A program made the translations under genes and the position numbers. A stretch of DNA of 64,000 nt from an uncultured Candidatus Rokubacteria bacterium (GTDB taxonomy: Bacteria; Methylomirabilota; Methylomirabilia; Rokubacteriales; CSP1-6). Shown one piece after another: positions 57,331 through 64,000 of the stretch (positions are counted from its first letter, which is position 1; the number at the start of each line of letters is the position of its first letter). The notes under the pieces are model-generated. The model saw only the letters and a list, made by a program, of their open reading frames with translations. It did no database searches and was not told the DNA's origin. The stretch is taken from NCBI GenBank assembly GCA_963754315.1, contig CAVWFS010000015.1:86207-150206 (forward strand), read 5' to 3'.

Positions 57331-58460
57331 TACAAACGAAAAACCGGGAAGATCAGGCGGCGGATTGCCTCGATCTGACGCTCGGCGTAGGTCCTGACGG
57401 GCTCGGCGAGGTGGCCTGGAATAGGATCGGCGGGGTCCCAGAGATCCCCGGAGGAGAAGTTGTAGCGCTTGAGATCAGGCTCGAAGGCAAGCGGCATCTG
57501 GGTCGGGAGGTTCATGTCATTCATGATGGCCCAGGCCACTGTCCAGGCCCGGGCCACGTTGCGTAGATCATAGCCTCCTCCCCCCAGCGCGACCACACGG
57601 GGGGACAACGCGACCACGCGCCTGACGGCAGCAGCGAAAGTCTGCACGTCAAGTGCGAGATGCGTGAGCGGGTCGGTCCGATGGGCATCGATACCGAGCT
57701 GCAGCACCACCACGTCGGGATTGAATGCCTCCAGCAGCGGAGGAACCACGGCATTGAAAGCCGGCAGGTAGGTGTCGGGATCCGTGAACGCCTCGAGGGG
57801 GAGGTTGACGGAGTAGCCTACGCCCTTTCCCTCGCCGCTCTCCTCGACAAAGCCGGTCCCCGGAAACAGGCGGTCGCCGCGCTCATGCGTCGAGATGGTA
57901 AGAACGGTCGGATCCGCGTAGAACGCGTGCTGTACACCGTCGCCATGGTGGGCGTCGATGTCCACATACGCGACCCGAAGACCCCGGGCCCGCAACCTCA
58001 GAATCGCCAGGACGGCGTCGTTCACATAGCAGAAGCCCGACGCACGAGCTGGCATCGCGTGATGCAGTCCGCCGGCGAAGTGAAACGCTCGATCTACCTC
58101 CCCGCGCGCCACAAGGTCGGCGGCATCCAGCGACCCGCCGGCGGCAAGCCGAGCCACCTGCCAGAGGCCGGCAAACACCGGATTGTCTCCCGGCCCCAGA
58201 CCAAACAGCGCGGCTCGAGGGGGCGGATGGCCGCTGTCGGAGGCCTTCAGCACCTCGAGATAGGCGCGGCTATGAAACTCGGCAATTCGCGCTTCGTCGG
58301 CAGGCTCCGGCTCTCGCACGAGCATCCCCGGTAACGTGGTGAGCCCGTAAGCCTCCATGAGCCTCCACGTGAGTCCGAGCCGCTCCATCCGCAGCGGGTG
58401 TTCGGGCCCATAGTCGAAGCGCGTATAGGCGTCGGAGTAGAGGAGAGCGGTCTTCGGCAT
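57330..58460 (-). CDS. histone-deacetylase-family protein (AcuC/acetoin-utilisation-type deacetylase)
   Basis: ...FHFAGGLHHAMPARASGFCYVNDAVLAI...VDIDAHHGDGVQ...GGGGY (class I/II HDAC zinc-site blocks). Confidence 0.8.
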   Translation of the reverse strand: MPKTALLYSDAYTRFDYGPEHPLRMERLGLTWRLMEAYGLTTLPGMLVREPEPADEARIAEFHSRAYLEVLKASDSGHPPPRAALFGLGPGDNPVFAGLWQVARLAAGGSLDAADLVARGEVDRAFHFAGGLHHAMPARASGFCYVNDAVLAILRLRARGLRVAYVDIDAHHGDGVQHAFYADPTVLTISTHERGDRLFPGTGFVEESGEGKGVGYSVNLPLEAFTDPDTYLPAFNAVVPPLLEAFNPDVVVLQLGIDAHRTDPLTHLALDVQTFAAAVRRVVALSPRVVALGGGGYDLRNVARAWTVAWAIMNDMNLPTQMPLAFEPDLKRYNFSSGDLWDPADPIPGHLAEPVRTYAERQIEAIRRLIFPVFRL

Positions 58461-58496
58461 CGGCTATGTCATCCCGGGCCCATTGCGTTTGTCGGC

Positions 58497-58997
58497 CTAT
58501 CGCTTCCAGCGGCCGGACTTACCGCCGGACTTCTCGAGCAGCTGGATCTCGGCGATCGTGACCCCCCGCTCTACGGCCTTGACCATATCGTAAACGGTCA
58601 GGGCCGCCACGCTCGCCGCCGTGAGTGCCTCCATCTCCACCCCTGTCTTATCGACGGTTCGCACCCGGGCCTCGATGGCAAGCTCACCGCGCCGGGGATC
58701 CTCGCGAAACGCAATGTCCACCCCGGTGACACGGAGGGGGTGGCACATGGGAATGAGATCAGCGGTTCGCTTCGCGGCAAGCACACCGGCGGTGCGCGCC
58801 ACGCCAAGCACGTCCCCTTTGGGTGCATTGCCCTCACGGATGATCGCGAGGGTCGCTGATTTCATCCGGAGGACGGCGCGGGCGACGGCTTCCCGCACGG
58901 TCTCCGGCTTGGCGGAGACATCCACCATGCGGGCGTCCCCCTGCGGGGAAAGGTGGCTCAGACCGCGGAACGACTCGACTCGACGGTTCCGCGGCAT
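58497..58997 (-). CDS. moaC: cyclic pyranopterin monophosphate synthase accessory protein MoaC
   Basis: ...[27 protein letters not shown]...[29 protein letters not shown]...[18 protein letters not shown] (conserved MoaC blocks). Confidence 0.85.
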   Translation of the reverse strand: MPRNRRVESFRGLSHLSPQGDARMVDVSAKPETVREAVARAVLRMKSATLAIIREGNAPKGDVLGVARTAGVLAAKRTADLIPMCHPLRVTGVDIAFREDPRRGELAIEARVRTVDKTGVEMEALTAASVAALTVYDMVKAVERGVTIAEIQLLEKSGGKSGRWKR

Positions 58998-59019
58998 GGG
59001 AAAGCTCGCGGACCGGCCG

Positions 59020-59247
59020 TCAGGCGCCGACGCTGGCGCGAGTCTGCCGCGCGATGGCCTCCATGCGGTCCTTGGCCATGAGCTTCAACTTCTTGAGCTC
59101 GCTGATTCTCCAGTGTTGGTCCGCCGAGAGCGAGGGGATTGTGGTCAAGGTCGCCAGCTCCTGGTCATAACTCTGGTGCTCCGTCCGGAGCCGACGAAAC
59201 TCCTCGTTCTCGGCCATGAGTCGTGCTGCGATGTCTTCCTGATTCAT
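59020..59247 (-). CDS. DUF465 (YdcH-like) small protein
   Basis: [34 protein letters not shown]...[16 protein letters not shown] matches the DUF465 pattern. Confidence 0.6.
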   Translation of the reverse strand: MNQEDIAARLMAENEEFRRLRTEHQSYDQELATLTTIPSLSADQHWRISELKKLKLMAKDRMEAIARQTRASVGA

Positions 59248-59257
59248 GCGCGACCTC

Positions 59258-59300
59258 CCCTAAAAACACAGAAAGCCAGCGCCGTCATGAGGTCGCTGGC
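59258..59300 (-). terminator. candidate rho-independent terminator downstream of modC
   Basis: On the minus strand the hairpin is GCCAGCG-(12-nt loop)-CGCTGGC, followed by UUUCUGUGUUUUUAGGG. Confidence 0.45.
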
Positions 59301-59432
59301 CTTTGGGACTGCACTGTCCACCTTGGAGACCCGTTCCTGCGCTCCCATGCTACGGGGAATCGGCACCGGGTGATTTGTTTATACGCCTCGGTACGCGGCG
59401 GTGTCAAGCAAAGGGAGAACGCGCGAGTGCGT

Positions 59433-60587
59433 TCACGAGGGCAAGACATGGATGGATCCGCGATGGATCGAGAACTCCCACTGTCGGTCGTCCTTGATCT
59501 CGAGAATTTCGTAGACGAGGCTCGGCACCTCGACCTCCAGGTCGTAGTCACCCTGGGCGGCCGGCCCCGGTTCATCGAGCCGCATGCGGAGCGACCAGGT
59601 GGTTCCCCCATCGGCCTCGCCGACGACGCACCCGCGCATCAAGTTCATGTGATGCCCTGCGTCAGGGGCCATCCGATCCTTGCGGATCAGGCGGACGTAC
59701 TCGGGGCGGATGAAGAACGCGATGGAAGAGCCTGCTGGCGGCAGGTACGCCCGCGTCGGCGAGTTCACCGCCTCGAGGATCTGGCCGCGCCAGTGGAACT
59801 GGATGCGATCGGGGCTTGCCTTGGCCACGGTGCCATGCAGCACATTGCGCAGCCCGATCAGCCTCGCCACTCGCTCGGAGCTCGGCTGCCAGAGGAACTC
59901 CGTCTTGGACGAAGCCTGGATGACACGGCCATGGTCGTAGACGACCACGCGGTCGGCAAGCTGGTAGGCTTCGGACAGATCGTGCGTCACGAGCACGGCC
60001 GGCTTTCCCCAGTCGCGAAGGGTCCGTTCCAGGTCGTCTCGTAGCTGCCGTCGGAGCGGCGCGTCGAGAGCCGATAGCGGCTCGTCCAGCAGGAGCAGGT
60101 CTGGATCCACGGCCAGAGCACGGCCGAGGGCGACGCGTTGTTGCTGGCCTCCCGACAGCTCGCGGGGCGAGCGACGCGCAAGGTCGCCGAGCCCGAGCCG
60201 CTCCATGACTTCCTGGGCTCGCCGCCGCCGCTCCGCTCGCGGACGGTCCCGTAGCCCGAAGGCGATGTTCTGGCCGACCGACAGATGGGGAAACAGCGCG
60301 TACCCCTGGAATACGTAGCCGATGCGACGATGATGCGGCGGCAGGTCGACCCCCAACGCCGAATCGAAGAATACGCGGCCGTTGACGACCATCCGACCAG
60401 CATCAGGACGGTCGAGTCCAGCCAGGCAACGCAAGGTCAAGCTCTTGCCCGAGCCCGATGGTCCGAAGAGCACGGCCACCCCGTCGCCGGCGGTCCAGGC
60501 GACGTCGAGCACAAAGGCGCCCAGGCGCTTCGTGATCACCAGGTCGACCGAGTCCGCCGGGAGGCCGCTGCCCGGACTCCGCGTCAT
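59433..60587 (-). CDS. modC: molybdate ABC transporter ATP-binding protein ModC with C-terminal TOBE/Mop domain
   Basis: ...VLFGPSGSGKSLTL (Walker A), LSGGQQQRVALGRAL, LLLDEP, C-terminal TOBE. Start is at ATG 60587 (MTRSPGSG...), which overlaps the modB stop (ATGA). The track ORF start at 60857 is an extension. Confidence 0.85.
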   Translation of the reverse strand: MTRSPGSGLPADSVDLVITKRLGAFVLDVAWTAGDGVAVLFGPSGSGKSLTLRCLAGLDRPDAGRMVVNGRVFFDSALGVDLPPHHRRIGYVFQGYALFPHLSVGQNIAFGLRDRPRAERRRRAQEVMERLGLGDLARRSPRELSGGQQQRVALGRALAVDPDLLLLDEPLSALDAPLRRQLRDDLERTLRDWGKPAVLVTHDLSEAYQLADRVVVYDHGRVIQASSKTEFLWQPSSERVARLIGLRNVLHGTVAKASPDRIQFHWRGQILEAVNSPTRAYLPPAGSSIAFFIRPEYVRLIRKDRMAPDAGHHMNLMRGCVVGEADGGTTWSLRMRLDEPGPAAQGDYDLEVEVPSLVYEILEIKDDRQWEFSIHRGSIHVLPS

Positions 60588-61252
60588 GACGCGCGGGCCC
60601 CGAGTCGACCTGACAGAACGAGGACGATGCACGAGATGACCGTGAGCACCGCCACCAGGACCAGGACTTCGCCCGATTCGCCCGTCTGGACCGCCGTGTA
60701 GATGGTAAGCGGGACGGTGGCAGTCTTGCCCGGGATGTTGCCGGCCAGCATCAGGGTGGCGCCGAACTCGCCCAAGGCACGCGCGAAGGCGAGCACGAGC
60801 CCGGCCAGGATGCCCTTCCGGGCAAGCGGCAGAGTCACCTCGAACGCCGTGCGCCACTCCGAGCGTCCAAGGGTCCGTGCCGCCTTCTCGAGGTCAGGGT
60901 CGATCGACTCGATGGCTGCTCGCGCCGTCCTCACGAGTAATGGCAGCGCCATCACGGTGGCAGCGATGACGGCGGCATACCAGGTGAATGCCACCGTCCA
61001 TCCGGTGAGGTCATAGAGAGGCGCTCCGAGCCAGCCCTTCCGGCCGAGGACGACGATCAGGTAGTAACCCGTCACCGTCGGCGGTAGCACGAGGGGCAAG
61101 GTTACTGCGACGTCCAGGACCGCGTGGCCCCAGAAGCGTCGCTTGGCCAGCAGGTATGCCAACGGTATCCCGAGCAACGCGTTCAGGACCGTGGCCAGGA
61201 CGGCCACCTGCAGGGAGAGCCCGACACTGCTGAGCGCTTCCTGGCTCACCAC
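60584..61252 (-). CDS. modB: molybdate ABC transporter permease ModB
   Basis: ...LQVAVLATVLNALLGIPLAYLLAKRRFWG...MLAGNIPGKT (ModB-type EAA region). GTG start at about 61252 is assumed. Confidence 0.8.
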   Translation of the reverse strand: MVSQEALSSVGLSLQVAVLATVLNALLGIPLAYLLAKRRFWGHAVLDVAVTLPLVLPPTVTGYYLIVVLGRKGWLGAPLYDLTGWTVAFTWYAAVIAATVMALPLLVRTARAAIESIDPDLEKAARTLGRSEWRTAFEVTLPLARKGILAGLVLAFARALGEFGATLMLAGNIPGKTATVPLTIYTAVQTGESGEVLVLVAVLTVISCIVLVLSGRLGARAS

Positions 61253-61286
61253 CCACGTCCACCCCCCGCCTCGTGCCGAGCTCCCT

Positions 61287-61607
61287 TCACGGCCGAAATA
61301 TCCGCCGAAAGCGCCGCCGGGCAACATCATCGAGCCCGGTCCGGAACCGCCAGTACTGGGTCAGAAATAGCCGACCGCGAGTCGTCAAGCGCGTGCCGCC
61401 ACGGGAACCCCGTCCCGGGTGGCGCTCCAGGAATTGGAAGCCGGCCGCCTTCTCCAGCTCCCTCAGGTATCCCCAGGCGTTACGGTATGACATGTTGAAC
61501 CGCTCCACGGCCTGCTTCAGGGATCCGAGCTCGTCGATCATCTCCAGCAGCCGGGCTCGCCCATCCCCGAACTTCAATCGATCATCGAAGACCACCCAGA
61601 GCCGCAT
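61287..61607 (-). CDS. ModE N-terminal-domain-like winged-helix regulator (no Mop domains)
   Basis: MRLWVVFDDRLKFGDGRARLLEMIDELGSLKQAVERFNMSYRNAWGYLRELEKAAGFQFLER...GGTRLTTRGRLFL matches the ModE N-terminal HTH. Only 106 aa. Confidence 0.6.
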   Translation of the reverse strand: MRLWVVFDDRLKFGDGRARLLEMIDELGSLKQAVERFNMSYRNAWGYLRELEKAAGFQFLERHPGRGSRGGTRLTTRGRLFLTQYWRFRTGLDDVARRRFRRIFRP

Positions 61608-61701
61608 CTTCGGCTCCAGCTGGGACACGGGCGTCTCGGACGTGGGCGGTCGCCGTGAGAGCATGCGGCCCTATCTTAACGTCGGCAGCCCCGAGCGCCG
61701 C

Positions 61702-62802
61702 TCAGGCGTCGGGAAGTACGTGGGCGGCGATCGCCTTGAAGATGGCCACAACCGGTGATCCGGCCACCAGCCGCATGTCCTCGACCGATCGGCGTGTGAT
61801 CAGAGCCATGAGCGGAAAGCCGCAGTCGACCGTTACCCGTACATGGACGCCCTGAGGCTGGAGACTGATAACGGTCCCCGACAAATGGTTGCCGGGGCTC
61901 CCGCCGGTAATCTGCTCCGGGATGGCCAGGGCGACATCCTCAGGCCGCAGGCAGAATCGGACCCGATCTCCAGGCTGCGCGGCGGCGGCTACCTCGACCG
62001 TCTGCCCGCCAGCATCGAGAGAGACCAATCCGTCCTCGGCCCTGATCACCTTGCCATCAACGATCGTCTCGACTCCCACGAACCTGGCCACGACCTCCGA
62101 TATCGGGCTCTGGAAGAGGCGAGCCGTCTCGTCGATTTGCTGGATTCGGCCTGCCATCAGCACGGCCACGCGATCGCCCAGGGTCATGGCCTCACTCCGG
62201 TCGTGCGTCACCATGACCGTCGTGATGCGATCGTGGCGCAGAATGCGTCCTAGCTCGACGATGAGCGTCTCGCGGGTCGGCTGATCGAGCGCCGCGAAAG
62301 GCTCATCCAAGAGCAGCAGGGCCGGCTGCAGTACCAGCGCCCGCGCAAGGGCAGTGCGCTGAGCTTCCCCGCCTGACAGAGTCCTCGCACGCCGTTCTCC
62401 GAGGTGGCCAATGCCGAGTCGGTCGAGCCAGGGTTGCACTCGAGGGGCAAGGTCGGCTCGGGGCACGCGCCGAAAGCCAAGGCCGAGCGCGGCATTCTGG
62501 AAGACGGTGGCATCGATCAGCAGCGGATCCTGGAAAACACTCGCCATGTGCCGTCGCACGGCGAGGACTCTCCGCGCATCCACGGGCTCACCCTTGAATC
62601 GAATCGCGCCCGTGGCTGGCGTCTCGAGCAGCCCCAAGGTCCGCAGAAGGGTCGACTTTCCCGATCCGTTGGGACCGATGACGACCAGGATCTCCCCTTC
62701 GAGCACCTCGAGCCGGTCGACCTCCACGGCCACGGCGCCTCCGTACCGGACCGTTACTCCCACCAGCTCCAGCACGGGTGGGGCTTGGTGGTGGCCCGTC
62801 AC
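61702..62802 (-). CDS. ABC transporter ATP-binding protein with C-terminal TOBE domain (tungstate/molybdate-type, TupC-like)
   Basis: ...VVIGPNGSGKSTLL, LSGGEAQRTALARAL, LLLDEPF, and a C-terminal TOBE-like beta domain. Confidence 0.7.
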   Translation of the reverse strand: MTGHHQAPPVLELVGVTVRYGGAVAVEVDRLEVLEGEILVVIGPNGSGKSTLLRTLGLLETPATGAIRFKGEPVDARRVLAVRRHMASVFQDPLLIDATVFQNAALGLGFRRVPRADLAPRVQPWLDRLGIGHLGERRARTLSGGEAQRTALARALVLQPALLLLDEPFAALDQPTRETLIVELGRILRHDRITTVMVTHDRSEAMTLGDRVAVLMAGRIQQIDETARLFQSPISEVVARFVGVETIVDGKVIRAEDGLVSLDAGGQTVEVAAAAQPGDRVRFCLRPEDVALAIPEQITGGSPGNHLSGTVISLQPQGVHVRVTVDCGFPLMALITRRSVEDMRLVAGSPVVAIFKAIAAHVLPDA

Positions 62803-63500
62803 CGTCCCACGGATCCGCTCTGCTGGATGGAGGTGAGGGCCCAGTTCACGAGGAACACGAGCACGAGCAGGAGAACGGCCAGGGCCAGGGCGATGTCGAA
62901 GTTGCCCTTGCTCGTCTCGAGCACCATGGCCGTTGTCAAGGTTCGCGTGTGTCCCTTGATATTCCCGCCGACCATCAGAGAGGCGCCGATTTCGGAGATG
63001 ATCCCGCCAAAACCGGCCATGACGGCAGCCAGCATGGGCAATCGAGCCTCACGGAGGACGACCCAGGTCATCTGCGGCCGCGACGCCCCCAGGGCCAAGA
63101 GCTGCAATCGGAACTTCGCGGGCACGTTCTGCACGGCCGCGAGGGTGATCCCGGTGACGATGGGCGAGGCAATCACGGCCTGCGCCACAATGATGGCCGC
63201 CGGCGTGTACAGGATCTCCATGAAGCCAAGCGGCCCGCTTCGCCACAGCGCCAGAGATACGAACAGGCCGACCACGACCGGGGGCAGTCCCATCCCCGTG
63301 TTGACCGCGCTCACGATCAGGTTCCTGCCCCGGAAACGCCCAAGCGCGAGCGCGACGCCGGCGGGAATCCCCAGCCCCAGAGACACGAGCGTGGCCGTCG
63401 TCGAGACCTGAAGCGAGAGCCACAGCACGGCCCATACCTCGCCGTCGCCGCCGAAAAGCAGCGTGACGGCCTGGCCGAGTGCGTCGAGGAGCAGGCTCAC
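62799..63500 (-). CDS. ABC transporter permease (TupB-like)
   Basis: 233-aa, 5-6 TM, ...IISEIGASLMVGGNIKGHTRTLT... (EAA-like region). The start overlaps the tupC-like stop region. Confidence 0.7.
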   Translation of the reverse strand: MSLLLDALGQAVTLLFGGDGEVWAVLWLSLQVSTTATLVSLGLGIPAGVALALGRFRGRNLIVSAVNTGMGLPPVVVGLFVSLALWRSGPLGFMEILYTPAAIIVAQAVIASPIVTGITLAAVQNVPAKFRLQLLALGASRPQMTWVVLREARLPMLAAVMAGFGGIISEIGASLMVGGNIKGHTRTLTTAMVLETSKGNFDIALALAVLLLVLVFLVNWALTSIQQSGSVGR

Positions 63501-63503
63501 GCG

Positions 63504-64000
63504 CTAGAGATCTTCGTCCTTCTTGCCGGCGATGGGGACGAACAGCGCCCGTGAGAACTTCTCGACTCCGAACGTCTTGATGACCTCTTGCGTCGCCGGG
63601 GACACCATGAAGTCGGCGAACGCCTTGCCGGCCGCCGCGTTGACCCGCGGTCCGTTGGCCGGATTGACCTCCATCACCGAGTAGATGTTGAGCAGAGGCC
63701 GGTCTCCCTCGACCATGATGGTGAGCGCCACCCGCTTGGCGAATGCCAGCAAGGTCGCGCGATCGGTGATCGTGTACGCCTGACGATCGTCCGCAATGCC
63801 GAGGGTGGCCCCCATGCCTTGCCCTGACTCGATGTACCACGGCGGGCCGGGCGTGACGCCCGCCTCTTTCCAAAGGGCGAGCTCCAGGGTGTGCGTGCCC
63901 GACTTGTCCCCGCGCGACACGAAACGCGCCTTCGCCTCGGCGATCCGCTTGAGGGCGGCCACCACGCTCTTTTCCCCCCGAATCTTTGCTGGATCCGCCT
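63504..64000 (-). CDS. periplasmic oxoanion-binding protein (TupA/ModA-like), C-terminal part. The 5' end lies beyond the window end.
   Basis: ...SRGDKSGTHTLELALWKEAGVTPGPPWYIESGQGMGATL... is typical of tungstate/molybdate-binding PBPs. The ORF is open to the window edge. Confidence 0.6.
   Translation of the reverse strand, partial: ADPAKIRGEKSVVAALKRIAEAKARFVSRGDKSGTHTLELALWKEAGVTPGPPWYIESGQGMGATLGIADDRQAYTITDRATLLAFAKRVALTIMVEGDRPLLNIYSVMEVNPANGPRVNAAAGKAFADFMVSPATQEVIKTFGVEKFSRALFVPIAGKKDEDL

Noticed and set aside
56577-57566. Cluster of 60-220-aa ORFs on both strands (e.g. 56577..57251, 57023..57397, 57036..57566)
   Set aside because: They lie entirely inside the 85-bp tandem repeat array. 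Their translations are periodic Pro/Arg/Gly repeats generated by the repeat.
1-64000. Mobile elements, prophage, tRNA/rRNA genes
   Set aside because: No integrase, transposase, recombinase or phage structural homologues were seen, and no tRNA-like cloverleaf candidates in the intergenic regions. The window is ordinary chromosome apart from the repeat arrays.

Overview
This is a 64-kb, very GC-rich (about 68-70%) bacterial chromosomal segment. It is densely coding and carries no rRNA, tRNA, CRISPR, integrase or transposase genes that I can recognise. A conserved housekeeping block sits on the minus strand: tmk-holB-yaaT/PSP1-metG ... tatD, plus glnD, hisC and the 5' end of zwf. The rest is accessory content: TctCBA tricarboxylate transporter, PhnDCE phosphonate transporter, a YbbA/YbbP-type ABC exporter, ModBC plus a tungstate/molybdate-type ABC system (TupABC-like), MoaC, a form-II CoxL-like molybdoenzyme, and several acyl-CoA ligases, hydrolases and oxidoreductases. 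The observations I find most worth a second look are these. (1) A translationally coupled cassette of a cobalamin-binding radical SAM enzyme, a NifU-like Fe-S carrier, an ATP-grasp ligase and a DUF169 protein (2.9-6.7 kb), flanked by a CDGSH Fe-S protein and an acyl-CoA synthetase. (2) A family of roughly 84-bp GC-rich, internally palindromic tandem repeats at three loci (29.05, 35.3 and 56.96 kb), one sitting inside an operon, with no spacers. (3) An 874-aa ORF fusing a CDP-alcohol phosphatidyltransferase membrane domain to a TPR/SLT lytic transglycosylase. (4) A kinase-methyltransferase-phnDCE string joined by overlapping start and stop codons. (5) tctCBA coupled to an orphan form-II CoxL. 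(6) An acetolactate-synthase-like gene remnant with an internal deletion. (7) At least five otherwise intact genes broken by single-base frameshifts, at least three of them at short G/C runs (assembly indels or pseudogenes). All coordinates come from reading the supplied ORF track against the sequence, and start codons may be off by a few codons.
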